DNA of 64,000 nt from Giardia intestinalis (taxonomy: Eukaryota): assembly GCA_000002435.2 (NCBI GenBank), contig CM018789.1; one strand, 5' to 3'. The number at the start of each line of letters is the position of its first letter. Position 1 is the stretch's first letter. Position numbers and translations under genes: made by a program. This document shows, one piece after another, positions 10,100 through 20,621 of this stretch. Below the pieces are notes generated by a model that did no database searches, was not told where the DNA came from, and was given only the letters and a program-made list of their open reading frames with translations.

Positions 10100-12418
10100 A
10101 TGCAGGGTGGTCCTCATGCGCAGCCTGATGAACCCTTGTCGCTGAGCCCCACCGCAGACGATATAATTAACATGTATTGCCAGCAGATGAACCTCATGAA
10201 AGAGGAATACGGTAAAAGACTGTCAGAGCTCTATGCGACTGTTAGCAGCTCATTGGAATATGTACAGACTCTTCAAGACATTGTTCCGTATAACAATACA
10301 CAACTATCTAGTTCACGTGCGCCTTCTGGGCCTTCAACCGAGAAGTCTGATGGAGGCGTCACTCCCCAGGGTCACATAGGTTCCAGTATTAGTCAACATC
10401 TACTCAATGTCTTTAGGGAGTCACTCGAATCCGAAAAAGAGCTAAAGATTCAGGTGCTGATGGACGACCTGGCGCGCACAAAGGGCATTGTTAATGTTAT
10501 GGAAAGTAAGCTCTGTGAAAGCATGGGTACTTCCCAGAAGCTAACCAGAGAGCTGGATGAGCACAAGAAGCAGCTGCAGAATACCTCAACCTACACACAT
10601 AGTATCAAAAAGCGTGCCGCAAGCCTGGAGGCGGAGCTCAATTCACTACAACCACAGATCAACTCACTCACTCACCTCCAGGATAAGCTTATAGGTTTAG
10701 AAAAGCGCTCCAAGGCAAAGCAGGACGATTACAAGCGGCAACTTTCAACCCTTAAAGCCGACGTAAGCAAATTGGAATCGGAGAATGCCCTTTTAAAGCA
10801 CGATCAGGTCAATGTTTTTCAATTAAGGAACGAGTTAAATGATCTCCGGCTTAAGTACAATGTCCTGTATAAAGAGTATCAGGAGCTACAGAGCACTCAC
10901 TCCATTGCTCAGTATGATCTGCAGGCAAAGACAAAAACCCTTAGTGCAATGAAGTCAGCTAACACTCATCACATTTTAAAGGAGAAAGCAGCGTCGGATT
11001 CAATAAAATTAGCCGTGGATGCAGAGCTGAAGGACCAGCGCCGGTTGCTGTCAGAACTTGTTGAACAGGTTCGTCAGCAAGGCTCAGATCTCAAGAAATT
11101 GTCGAGCACCTCACCAGAGGAAATGGGAGTGGCTCTGGCAAACATTTTGTCAAAGCACCAGACCAACATTGACCGCCTATCAGTAGCAGCACTGGGCTCT
11201 GGTCAGGTATACTCCGGAGGAACCCCCTTTCATGGGGATCCAAACTATTTATATGATTATACTGGAACACCAGTGACTCAGCAGACCCACATTTCTATTG
11301 CACGACATACAGAGGCCATGAGGGCCCTTGAAGATGAGATTTGGCATAGAGCAGAGTCAAAGTACAAAACCTTGTTATTCAATGCAGAGTCGGACCTTCA
11401 AAGAAGACTCTCAGAAGCCAGGGACGAGTTCTATCAAAAGGAGATACAGCTCAAGAGACAAGTTCAAGAAGCTTTATCCAAAGGGACTGATAAGGTGCAG
11501 GATGAGCTAAGCAAGCTTCGCGAAGAATGTGCAAGTCTCAAGACGCTCTGCAGCCATAAGGACCTAGAAATGGACCGATTGACCCATATGCTAAACGCTG
11601 CACAGGAAGATATCGCCCGTTTCCAAACAGCCAACAGAGATTTACTTCAGTCTGCTGAAAGCTATCGCAATAGTCTGGAGTATTATGAAAACCTTAGTAA
11701 GCAAAGCATTTCTGCAAGAGGATTAATCAAGCTGTGCCATGATGAATTGAAGGAGATCAAGCGCCGCGTTCTAGATCTCAAAAAGACCCAGTTTTCTCCT
11801 TCAGACTGGCGAGAAGAGCAACGAGTTGGTGACGCTGAACTACTCTTCTCAGCCATAGCTGGAGATCTAAAGCTGACTTTCTCAGATGGCGGTTTGGCCC
11901 AGGTCCTTACGCCCATTGGAAACATGATAAAGACCAGTGTGGAGCACATAAAACAGCAGACAATCCGGATTAATGATGAGAAGTGGATGGCACAGATCCA
12001 CCAGATGGAGCGCGACTACGGGGATCAGATTGCATACATTATGAATGACAACGAAAAGCTGAAACAAACAATCATTGCGCTGCGCGAGAGAATGCAGGTC
12101 GAGATGGTTAAGCTTTTGGGAGTAGAGCTCACAGACATGCACGACAGATGCGCTACTCAATTGGATAATTTAAAATATGAAGCCGAAAGCATGAAGACCG
12201 CACTCGATGAATTTCTCAAGAATCGTCCTCATCAGCTTGCTGAGGCACGTTTGATGAGCTCCCCTATCGCACCTGGCCCTGCCTCCAAGGGAACTCCACT
12301 GACTTACAAGACACAGGCCGTCACACCGGGTCTTCTCATAGATGCGACACTCCCCACATTCGTGACTCCAGGAACTGTTCTGGAGCCAGCCACAGAGGGA
12401 AATGGCGGGACGCGGTAG
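10100..12418 (+). CDS. Coiled-coil protein (about 772 aa)
   Basis: The ORF track starts at a GTG (10082). The first ATG is at 10100, 20 nt downstream of aaattaaaataa. Extended heptad repeats. Confidence 0.65.
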   Translation: MQGGPHAQPDEPLSLSPTADDIINMYCQQMNLMKEEYGKRLSELYATVSSSLEYVQTLQDIVPYNNTQLSSSRAPSGPSTEKSDGGVTPQGHIGSSISQHLLNVFRESLESEKELKIQVLMDDLARTKGIVNVMESKLCESMGTSQKLTRELDEHKKQLQNTSTYTHSIKKRAASLEAELNSLQPQINSLTHLQDKLIGLEKRSKAKQDDYKRQLSTLKADVSKLESENALLKHDQVNVFQLRNELNDLRLKYNVLYKEYQELQSTHSIAQYDLQAKTKTLSAMKSANTHHILKEKAASDSIKLAVDAELKDQRRLLSELVEQVRQQGSDLKKLSSTSPEEMGVALANILSKHQTNIDRLSVAALGSGQVYSGGTPFHGDPNYLYDYTGTPVTQQTHISIARHTEAMRALEDEIWHRAESKYKTLLFNAESDLQRRLSEARDEFYQKEIQLKRQVQEALSKGTDKVQDELSKLREECASLKTLCSHKDLEMDRLTHMLNAAQEDIARFQTANRDLLQSAESYRNSLEYYENLSKQSISARGLIKLCHDELKEIKRRVLDLKKTQFSPSDWREEQRVGDAELLFSAIAGDLKLTFSDGGLAQVLTPIGNMIKTSVEHIKQQTIRINDEKWMAQIHQMERDYGDQIAYIMNDNEKLKQTIIALRERMQVEMVKLLGVELTDMHDRCATQLDNLKYEAESMKTALDEFLKNRPHQLAEARLMSSPIAPGPASKGTPLTYKTQAVTPGLLIDATLPTFVTPGTVLEPATEGNGGTR

Positions 12419-12460
12419 TTTACATGGTACACCAAAGCAATTCCAACACAGCAATTAAAG

Positions 12461-14974
12461 CTATACCTCTGTGGTATCCTTAGTCGACGAAGTCAGCCCC
12501 TCTCCTTCTACTTTTGAGGTAGAATGCCCGTTGCTATGTGCTTTCTTCATCCGTCTGCGGTTTGCGAACTCTCGCAAGCGCTCTATAACGCTTGGAACTC
12601 TCTGCCACGTACCTTCGGCTTTACATTTCTTGACATGCTGGCTGTATTTCACACACCGGAAGATAAAGTATCCTGTCAGCGAACCAATGAGCAGAGCTAG
12701 GATAATTGCCAAGCTAGTGTAAACTCCTGTCTCTAAAGCAGATACAGGCTGGTCCCATTTTTCGGGCTGTCTGACGCAGACCCCTGTTTCTGTAAGCATA
12801 TAGCCATCTATGCAGGAATAGAAGCTGCAAAGGTCTTCGTTATACCTGTCCTTTTGGGTATCACATGGATTAGCATAAATCCCCCCTCCCATGGAGGTGC
12901 AATACTTGCTGATTTTCATTTGAAATGGGTAGCACGTTGAGGACGCCTTTTTATAAGCCTCCACGGCCAACGTTAGATATGTGGTATGGTCCATATAACG
13001 TGACCCACCTGGTGGCCAATAATTAATATAATCATCCACCGGATTGTTGACGTACTCCAGCGGCGTCTTGACAGCATCGAAGGGCTGGCTCCAATTCCAT
13101 GAGAAGACCTGCTCGAATGCCCACCGATGTAGAGCTGTTGTGGGAAGCTTTTTGAGTCCAATGTGTGTTTCGTATTGGGGAGCGAAGGAGTCATCGAAGA
13201 TATATTGCGAGTCCATGACGGATCCTCCAGCAAAGCTCGCTACATCCATGTCCACAAAGCGATTCTCAGCATCCGTTTGGTTTCTGATCCTTCGGAGCGC
13301 CGGGTTGCCGCCCATTCCCATCCACACTCCCATGTGGGCCTCTCGCGCCCTCTTCGCAAAACACGCGCATGTCGATCCACAGGTGCCATCGGTAACAAAA
13401 ACGAGGCGCGAATTTCCAGACTCCTGTAGAAACTTTGGCGTCTTGATGTTCACAAGGCGTTCAAAGTCCTCCCGGAAGTCCACCTCATCATAGGCTAGGT
13501 CAAACGTGTAGATTCCGGAGAGGGCTTCCTCGTGCCCCGTCATATAAAGAAGATGCTCTGTCTCGCCTGTGTACCACGCGTTGTTCTTGTAACGCATCCA
13601 ATTACTAAGCCTGTACCTATCTTGCATTGAGAAATTGCCTCGAGAAGAGTAGAACTCCGCGTAGGGCGACTTGCGAACGGTATAGTTACCATACAGTGGA
13701 TTGATGTAGGGCGCAAGAACATGAAGAGTGCGGTATCCCAACGTCACATATCCTCCGCCGTTACGAGCAACATTAACTATCAGGAATGGATCAGCGATAT
13801 GCGTGTTATCAAGAATAGACATGGCAGCTTCGAAATCGTCTACATATTGCTTAGGGCTTTCAGGGGCAAAGGTCGGAATATTAAGGAGGTACCCAACGTG
13901 CTTGGTGTTTTTATAGAGGGAGTAGAGTGTGACATCCACTCCTGAGTGACTTACATCAATATAATACTCGTCTCCGTTATCAGTTAGTATCGGAGAAGCT
14001 TGAGTATGCTGAGTAGGACTTCTCGTACGTTCTTCCATGGTATCACTTAAAAATCTAGCAAGTGGAGTTCCCTGCTTCCCGGTTATCTCCAGAGAACCAG
14101 AGTCAGCGTCAGTGTGCGTATTCATAATGTATGCCTTAAGGTCAGCCACACCCCTGATTTCAGTAGTCACGTAGCCAAAGAAGGGAAGCTCGATGATGGA
14201 ATTGTCAGAGAGCTCAATGGAAAGAACCTCTGTATCCAGTGGACTGCCAGTTCTCCCCGGCCATCCGAACGACCGGAGACTCCTAACATAGAAGTCGGTG
14301 TTCAAGGCAGCATTAAATCTAGCATGTGGGTTTTTAGAGATATAAACCACATCATCTGCAAATCTCTGCATGGCCTCTGCCACAGGTATGCCATTAATAG
14401 ACAAAATGCGCTGGTCGATGAACTGGTCGATGTTGATGCCTTGTTCTCTAAGCTTTTTCCTGTACTCCCAAGTAACAAACTGGTACTCCGGAGGGAGCTC
14501 TGTTAGCGTATACTCCAGGACACGGTTGCGGTATATTGCCGTGACAGTGAGCGGCAAGACAATGCGAATAAAGGAGTATCCCTGTGGCTTGTCATACCGT
14601 GTATGCGGGTCCTTGAGTCTAAGGTAAATGGCTGACACTGCATCATGGAAGTCGAAGTCCGTTGTGTACTCCTCTATGTTATCACGAATGGATTGAAGCT
14701 CTCTTTTGACATCTGTGTGAGGGAGCTTGTACGCGTTTGTAGGGACGTCATATGGGGCAATGGGCTCCTTAGCCATCTCACCAAAGACGTACATTTCACT
14801 TAGTTTGAGAAGTGTGTCGATGGTGGGGTACCCCACGCCGTTCTTGTCCAATGGTATTGAATCGAAGCAGGCACGTAACTGACTGAGCTCAAGAACTTCA
14901 TTCGTGTGAGGGAAGTAGCACGGATCTGTCGTTAAGGCCACAACATACACGAGAAGAAGGCAGCCCAGTCCCAT
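12461..14974 (-). CDS. Type I membrane glycoprotein with signal peptide, large ectodomain, one C-terminal TM helix and a basic cytoplasmic tail. The ectodomain carries a tentative peptidase-S41-like signature
   Basis: N-terminus MGLGCLLLVYVVALTT looks like a signal peptide. A TM helix YTSLAIILALLIGSLTGYFIF lies near the C-terminus. The motifs VNVARNGGGY and LVFVTDGTCGSTCACFAKR resemble the S41 motifs DLRxNxGG and LVxxGSASASE, but Cys or Thr sit where the serines would be. The similarity is weak. Confidence 0.7.
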   Translation of the reverse strand: MGLGCLLLVYVVALTTDPCYFPHTNEVLELSQLRACFDSIPLDKNGVGYPTIDTLLKLSEMYVFGEMAKEPIAPYDVPTNAYKLPHTDVKRELQSIRDNIEEYTTDFDFHDAVSAIYLRLKDPHTRYDKPQGYSFIRIVLPLTVTAIYRNRVLEYTLTELPPEYQFVTWEYRKKLREQGINIDQFIDQRILSINGIPVAEAMQRFADDVVYISKNPHARFNAALNTDFYVRSLRSFGWPGRTGSPLDTEVLSIELSDNSIIELPFFGYVTTEIRGVADLKAYIMNTHTDADSGSLEITGKQGTPLARFLSDTMEERTRSPTQHTQASPILTDNGDEYYIDVSHSGVDVTLYSLYKNTKHVGYLLNIPTFAPESPKQYVDDFEAAMSILDNTHIADPFLIVNVARNGGGYVTLGYRTLHVLAPYINPLYGNYTVRKSPYAEFYSSRGNFSMQDRYRLSNWMRYKNNAWYTGETEHLLYMTGHEEALSGIYTFDLAYDEVDFREDFERLVNIKTPKFLQESGNSRLVFVTDGTCGSTCACFAKRAREAHMGVWMGMGGNPALRRIRNQTDAENRFVDMDVASFAGGSVMDSQYIFDDSFAPQYETHIGLKKLPTTALHRWAFEQVFSWNWSQPFDAVKTPLEYVNNPVDDYINYWPPGGSRYMDHTTYLTLAVEAYKKASSTCYPFQMKISKYCTSMGGGIYANPCDTQKDRYNEDLCSFYSCIDGYMLTETGVCVRQPEKWDQPVSALETGVYTSLAIILALLIGSLTGYFIFRCVKYSQHVKKCKAEGTWQRVPSVIERLREFANRRRMKKAHSNGHSTSKVEGEGLTSSTKDTTEV

Positions 14975-15058
14975 GTGTGACAGACTTTTTTATTTAACTG
15001 GCTGAGCCTGGCGCTGGATGTCACCAAATTCCGGGGACACAGTGCTGAGACTAGTACA

Positions 15059-15065
15059 GTTTACT
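15059..15065 (-). terminator. Polyadenylation signal AGTAAAC overlapping the SRP54 TAA stop
   Basis: The minus strand reads tca AAG TAA ACt. AGTAAAC is the canonical Giardia polyA signal. Confidence 0.55.
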
Positions 15066-16653
15066 TTGACATCTTTGCCTTCTGAATCTGCTGGAGTTTT
15101 TTAAGTTGCCCAGCAGACATGTTGCCCATCCCTGTGGCCATCTGCTGAATCTGCTGCATACTCAAGTTGCCTGGCATCTTCATGCCCATGCTTTTTGCGA
15201 TATCTGCCATCTCAGACATATTCTGGAGAGATCCCAAGCCGTTCATCATCTGCTGCATCATTTGTGGGTTCATCTTCATGCTCGAGAAGAGCTCCTGCAG
15301 CGCAGCTGGAGACTTCATCTTTCGTCCCATTTTCCCAAATATCTCACTGAACTCTGTAGCCTTGTCAAAGAACTCTAAGACTTCTTCTATGGTGTGTCCA
15401 GACCCTATTGCGATACGTCTGACGCGCGACCGGAACTTGTCTTCTCCCTCTTTCTTAAGGAGCTCTGTGTTAGAGTCTAGCTCCTTTGCTGCCATAGAGT
15501 CCATGATGGTGTTAAAGATCTGCAAGTGCTTTACCTCTGAATCCATGTCTATGTCCCCAGAGGCGGCCATCTGGGAGAAGCCGGGCACCATAGACGCAAT
15601 CTTCTGCAGGGGCCCCATTTTGTTAAGATTCTTAAGCTGCTCCTTGAAATCACGGAAGGAAAAATGGTTATGGAGCATACGGACAACCGTTTGTATGTGA
15701 GCTTTATGGTCAATGTTTCCTCCCTGCATGGCTTCATGTAACCCCACGATATCACCGTATCCTAACATAACTGACACAAAACGTGACGGATCAAAGAACT
15801 CGAGGTCTTCAATCTTCTCACCTGTGCCGAGAAAGACTATCGGAGCCTTAGTAGCACTGACAGCAGCCAGTGCTCCTCCCCCGCGACTGTGGCCATCAAG
15901 CTTTGTTAAGATTACTGATCCTATTTCAACTGCATTGCTAAAGGCGTCTGCTTGCTCATATGCGGCCTGGCCAATGGATGAGTCTAGGACAAAGACATGG
16001 TCATGGGGCTGCACAGCACTGTCAATTAGTTTCATTTCAGTAAATAACGCCTCCTCTTGCCTGTGACGCCCAGAGGTGTCCAAGATTATGAGCTCAAAGT
16101 TCAAACTTACAAAGTGCTTGACTCCGTCTTGAGCGATCTGAACAGGGTCCTTTTCGGAATAACTGCCGTAAAAGGGAAGCTTTACCGCTGTGCAGTTCTG
16201 CTTCAGCTGGTCAAATGCTCCAGTACGGAAGGTATCGCAGCAAACAAGCCCGACGCGCCACCCCTTCCGCTTGTAATATGCCCCAAACTTGACACACGTC
16301 GTGGTTTTGCCAGCTCCTTGCAACCCTACAAACATAATCACATTAGCCCGATTCCGGACAGGCCTAAAGGGCGGCCGCTCAGGGGAAAGCATAGAAACAA
16401 GCTCCTGGACAACGATGCGCTGAACAACCTGGTGTGTGTTGGCACGTCCTTCCATGATCGCTGGGTCACTCAAGATCTTCGTGGTCATCGATTTTCGCAT
16501 AGGCTCGAGTGTACGGGCAGGTACATCTGCTGCCTCCAGCACTCCGATGAATTCGTCTACCAGCGCATTTACCGCCTCATTTGTCGTCAGCCTTGTCTTA
16601 GCAAACTTGGTTATGACGTTTAGCACATTAGACCCCAATTCGTTGAGGACCAT
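15061..16653 (-). CDS. SRP54: Signal recognition particle 54 kDa protein (SRP54), with N, G (GTPase) and Met-rich M domains
   Basis: GLQGAGKTTT (G1), DTSGRH (G3), TKLDG (G4) and a C-terminal methionine-rich domain (MMQQMMNGLGSLQNMSEMADIAKSMGMKMPG). ATG at 16653. AGTAAAC polyA signal overlapping the stop. Confidence 0.95.
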   Translation of the reverse strand: MVLNELGSNVLNVITKFAKTRLTTNEAVNALVDEFIGVLEAADVPARTLEPMRKSMTTKILSDPAIMEGRANTHQVVQRIVVQELVSMLSPERPPFRPVRNRANVIMFVGLQGAGKTTTCVKFGAYYKRKGWRVGLVCCDTFRTGAFDQLKQNCTAVKLPFYGSYSEKDPVQIAQDGVKHFVSLNFELIILDTSGRHRQEEALFTEMKLIDSAVQPHDHVFVLDSSIGQAAYEQADAFSNAVEIGSVILTKLDGHSRGGGALAAVSATKAPIVFLGTGEKIEDLEFFDPSRFVSVMLGYGDIVGLHEAMQGGNIDHKAHIQTVVRMLHNHFSFRDFKEQLKNLNKMGPLQKIASMVPGFSQMAASGDIDMDSEVKHLQIFNTIMDSMAAKELDSNTELLKKEGEDKFRSRVRRIAIGSGHTIEEVLEFFDKATEFSEIFGKMGRKMKSPAALQELFSSMKMNPQMMQQMMNGLGSLQNMSEMADIAKSMGMKMPGNLSMQQIQQMATGMGNMSAGQLKKLQQIQKAKMSK

Positions 16654-16856
16654 CGGACACTACAGTAAAAGATTTTAAGGACCTGATATCGATTTAAGGC
16701 AATTTACTCATTGTCAGTTCAGCGGCGCCATAAGACACCACAAGGGACACCTAGCGTGATATGTTATGTTATGCTAGGCTATGCGGACGACAGAAGCCAT
16801 GATCTGCGCTCTGACTCGCCAAAAGCGTACACTTGAAATTGTATCGTTGCCAAAAA

Positions 16857-18068
16857 ATGCGTATGCTCATAGCTCGGCTTTCAGCGTTCAAAAGGCAATT
16901 TCATGATGTAGTGGGTGTTGGGATGCTTCACTTCTTAGCCAAGTATGCTGGTGCAACAAGTGCGAGTTCGATAGTGCGGCAGGAATATGAAGACATGCAA
17001 CTAGGAAGGGAGCCCCTTCGCATGAGTGATGTGGAGGACGCTATGGTTCTCTTTCGAGCAGTACAGGCATTCAACTCCAACTACATTCGAAGGGCTATGT
17101 ATGGAGGGCTGCCTTTCATATTACGTATAGCATGTGCTGTTTCAGCACTGGCACCGGATTACAACCAACGCTTCAGTCGGAATGTGACCCTGTACGAACA
17201 TCGGCTCCTTCGTCGCCTGTGTTCTGCTGTGGGGCTAGGCCCCGATAGTATCTTGTTGCATAACGTAAAGTGCTACCATGAAGAACTTTTGGCATGGGCT
17301 CTCTTGCATGATCAACCCAACAATCGCTTGCTGGTTATTATTCAGGGAATTTCTCAGCTGCACAACGCGTCTCTTCTTCTGTATATGAATCCGACACAAC
17401 TGCCATCAGGCTCCACGGTGCACACTGGCGTATACCGCGCAGCAAGCCCACTGTATGAGATTCTCTCTCCCTATATACATATGAACTTCGAGCATAACTT
17501 TCTCCGTGACTACTCCATTGTGTTGTGCGGTCACGGATTTGGCGGATCTGTAGCAGCCCTTGTGGGTGCTATGCTTCTGCGGCATCCCACTGGCACCTTT
17601 ACACCTAGCAATACTAAGGTTGTTACCTTTGGCCCCTTCCCCTTCGCTGGTCCAGACTTTGCATACAGGGAACATATACATGTAACGTCATTTATCTATC
17701 GGTTCGATGCCATTGCACGTCTCAGCTTACACGCTGCTGGAGTACTAAAGACTCGAAAAGCCACCAGAGAAGAGCAATCAACATCTGCCCTATCCCAAAA
17801 GGTTTTGCTTAACTCTTTGAGCAAAGACTGCGCGTACTTCATCCCTGGGACAATATACCTATTGCACCCAGGAGTACGACCAGTTACTTGCACACCCGAA
17901 GCTTCCGACGTCAGCATTGACGTCTTGGTGAACGAAGAAAAGCTGAAGGCATGTACGTGTTACCGAGCAATCGATTCTCACGACCTAGCAGAGGTTATAC
18001 TCTCCGAGCAGGCGATTAACGACCACTTCATGTATGAAGATGCCCTCAAATCCTTGTGCATTGACTGA
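16857..18068 (+). CDS. Class 3 lipase-like alpha/beta hydrolase (about 403 aa)
   Basis: The ORF track starts at a TTG (16833). The first ATG is in caaaaaATG at 16857. The nucleophile-elbow motif VLCGHGFGGSVAALVGAML matches the lipase_3 GHSLGG consensus, with Gly replacing the serine. Confidence 0.6.
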   Translation: MRMLIARLSAFKRQFHDVVGVGMLHFLAKYAGATSASSIVRQEYEDMQLGREPLRMSDVEDAMVLFRAVQAFNSNYIRRAMYGGLPFILRIACAVSALAPDYNQRFSRNVTLYEHRLLRRLCSAVGLGPDSILLHNVKCYHEELLAWALLHDQPNNRLLVIIQGISQLHNASLLLYMNPTQLPSGSTVHTGVYRAASPLYEILSPYIHMNFEHNFLRDYSIVLCGHGFGGSVAALVGAMLLRHPTGTFTPSNTKVVTFGPFPFAGPDFAYREHIHVTSFIYRFDAIARLSLHAAGVLKTRKATREEQSTSALSQKVLLNSLSKDCAYFIPGTIYLLHPGVRPVTCTPEASDVSIDVLVNEEKLKACTCYRAIDSHDLAEVILSEQAINDHFMYEDALKSLCID

Positions 18069-18096
18069 GAAATACTTTCTATCGTCACCAGACTGA

Positions 18097-18717
18097 TTAA
18101 TCTTTAGATGTTTGCAAGACCGGGGTCGACGACCGTGACTTGTTTGTTGGAGTATACGCTCTCAAAGCTCTTGAGAAGTCGTCTAGTTGTGTTTGACGGT
18201 AAGGAGAAGACGCCATCTCTTGTGCCCACCTTTTACGATTTCGTGCCGCTGCGGCCCTTTCTGCACGTTCATAGAGCTCCCGTTCCGCTAACATAGCTTC
18301 CTTCACCCGTTCTTTTTCTGCATCTCTGCGTACTTTGTATCTATGGTATTCGTCTATCGTTTTCTTGATGTGTTCCTCAGAGCTACCACGTTTGGAGCTA
18401 GACAAAGTAAACGGTTTAACCTTGGTGGGGTTGTTCAAGGTGGATTTGGCTCGGTAAGTGACGAGCATCCCGGAATGCTCAACTGCCGGTCTCGGTGTTG
18501 AGACGCTGTTAGCAGGAATTAATAAGGACTGCATGGGGGTATTGAGGTTAGACGATCTGACGGTTTTAGACCCATCAACTTCAGGTGTGACCGGGGCACC
18601 TGGAATTCTGAAGTGATGTGAGCCTCTGGGAGTCGACACCTTGGGCAGCTGATAAAAAAGCCCCCCTACTTGTGTATAGCTTGTCGCCGGCGTGGCGGTG
18701 GATCGAGAGCGATTCAT
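18097..18717 (-). CDS. Hypothetical basic protein with C-terminal coiled coil (206 aa)
   Basis: ATG preceded by ctagccaaaaaATG. S/T/P-rich N-terminus. KERVKEAMLAERELYERAERAAAARNRKR segment. Confidence 0.5.
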   Translation of the reverse strand: MNRSRSTATPATSYTQVGGLFYQLPKVSTPRGSHHFRIPGAPVTPEVDGSKTVRSSNLNTPMQSLLIPANSVSTPRPAVEHSGMLVTYRAKSTLNNPTKVKPFTLSSSKRGSSEEHIKKTIDEYHRYKVRRDAEKERVKEAMLAERELYERAERAAAARNRKRWAQEMASSPYRQTQLDDFSRALRAYTPTNKSRSSTPVLQTSKD

Positions 18718-19045
18718 TTTTTGGCTAGAGAAATTGAGTAAGAAAAGCCATCAAAAGATAAGAGTTTGCTTTAGGCTTTTATCCGCGGATATCAAAGTAC
18801 TGTGCAGCTTCGGGATCCGGCCTGACAACTTATTTTATGAAACTCACTTAAAGACTGCTTCCTAATCTCAGAAGTAAGTAGATGTAACCAGGCTGCGCGT
18901 GCTCATGCTGGTACTCCTCAAGGCACAGGTTTTCTAGTAAGAAGTGGCAGCCTAAGTCTCGGTGCAAGCTTAAAGCCTTCAGTGTAAATGTGACTGGAAG
19001 GCAGACGGCGGACTGCCCTGGTCATCACCTCACAGTACGCACCCA

Positions 19046-20290
19046 TTATGCCCCTGGCGGTAGCAGCTCATCACTGGACTCTGTCAGCAGACAGTTCTCC
19101 TCTGCTGCTACTCCCTCACCACTAAGGCCACAAAGACGCTGAGCTTCTGCCTCACACAGGCCTCGGTAGCGCAAGGCCTTCTGGCCAAGGCTGGAGGAGC
19201 AGAGCTGCTCCAGGACCCTTTGTCCGTTCAAGCTCTCTGTTTTATAGCTACTGTACAAGGCAATCCACGGGGCATTCTGCAATATGCTTTGCACAGTCTC
19301 GCCCAATTGAGGGACAGGGATGTCCATTCCAGAAAGTGAGGCATGATGTACGAGCTGGCGCTGCTTAAGGCTATTGTCAGTAATCCCCGGGTTCTTAATG
19401 ATCTCTAGAATGATACGCATGGCTAGTACACGGCCCAGCAGAGAGGGTCCGCCGATGCGGATGTGCGGGATATCGTCGTCCCCTAAGCTCACCCCACCGT
19501 CGGCTCTCTTTGTAATGACAACAGTACCCTTACGTCCGAGTAAAGCCCCGCCACCACGCAGCTGCAGTTCTGTTCCTGTCAGTGTCTGAAGTTCTCTCTG
19601 GGTGCTAGCCTGCGGTCCAAGTAAAAGCCCACTGTAGTTAACTGTATTTGTCCCCCCTACAGATTGCGGAAAATAGATGCAGATGGGCGGCAACTGGGTA
19701 GACCTTAAGTTTAATGATGGAATGAAGAATGGGTTTCCACGTTGAAAAGAGCTCTCTGTAGCGACATACTGTTGCAAAGATAGGTAGTGTAAAGATAAAA
19801 GACGGAGGCGATCCGGGGAGAGAGCGGTTGAAGAAGACAAGTATCCGGAAAGGCCGTCGACTGAAGAGGTAAGAATTGAAGTAAAGCCAGCTGCTATGTT
19901 AGGGTGTGCCGGATTAGCTAGGAATGCTCCATAAGGGGCATCTTCCTGCAAAATTGCTCTGTGTCTCATTCGTAAAAAAGCCTCAGTAATACGTAGATGG
20001 CTTTGAACAGCAGTAAGCTGAGCCTCCGTAAGGTAGTTTGGAATTCCCTGTGGCATGTGCTCAGAATAGACTGACTTGTTATTTGCGGGGGCAATGACCG
20101 GCGTTGGCTGTCCGAACGGACGCTTTGGACAAGAAACATACTTTTTGTAACTGAAGCGAGCTGCTGAGGGCTTGTGTGAAGAGGCTGCGAACTCTTTGGG
20201 TTTGGCTACCACTAGATGAGCAGATAAGTTGTAAGAGTCCATTACTAATCCTAAATCAGTTTTTTGATGACATACATGTTGTCTCAACAT
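19046..20290 (-). CDS. Hypothetical protein (414 aa; alternative start at the ATG at 20242)
   Basis: Long ORF with coding codon bias. The second in-frame ATG (MDSYNL, 20242) is preceded by the A/T-rich tcatcaaaaaactgatttagg. Confidence 0.5.
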   Translation of the reverse strand: MLRQHVCHQKTDLGLVMDSYNLSAHLVVAKPKEFAASSHKPSAARFSYKKYVSCPKRPFGQPTPVIAPANNKSVYSEHMPQGIPNYLTEAQLTAVQSHLRITEAFLRMRHRAILQEDAPYGAFLANPAHPNIAAGFTSILTSSVDGLSGYLSSSTALSPDRLRLLSLHYLSLQQYVATESSFQRGNPFFIPSLNLRSTQLPPICIYFPQSVGGTNTVNYSGLLLGPQASTQRELQTLTGTELQLRGGGALLGRKGTVVITKRADGGVSLGDDDIPHIRIGGPSLLGRVLAMRIILEIIKNPGITDNSLKQRQLVHHASLSGMDIPVPQLGETVQSILQNAPWIALYSSYKTESLNGQRVLEQLCSSSLGQKALRYRGLCEAEAQRLCGLSGEGVAAEENCLLTESSDELLPPGA

Positions 20291-20621
20291 AGTGGTGACG
20301 CGCGCAGTAGACCTTAGTGGTTACATGACTCAGCAGTCTTCTGTGAACAAGAGCTTAGCACTGCTGGGTTCACTTTATCTTGGCAGACGGCTTCATGACG
20401 AGCCGCAGCATCGACTCCATGGCTTGTTGCAAGAACACCGCTGGCCAAGAGCACTGTACAAGAGAATTGGCACCACGAGCACATTAATATAGAAGTGGCT
20501 GATGGACAAGACTAGGGAGACTCTCTGGCCACTGACACTGTTCGTTGTTATTGCAATCCACATTACAATATTATTAAACCCCTGTTCGTGTTGAGTACGC
20601 TCGCGGCGAACCGCCAGCTAG

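Noticed and set aside
15167-16623. Several plus-strand ORFs of 117-188 aa antisense to SRP54
   Set aside because: SRP54 on the minus strand is unambiguous. These are antisense shadows.
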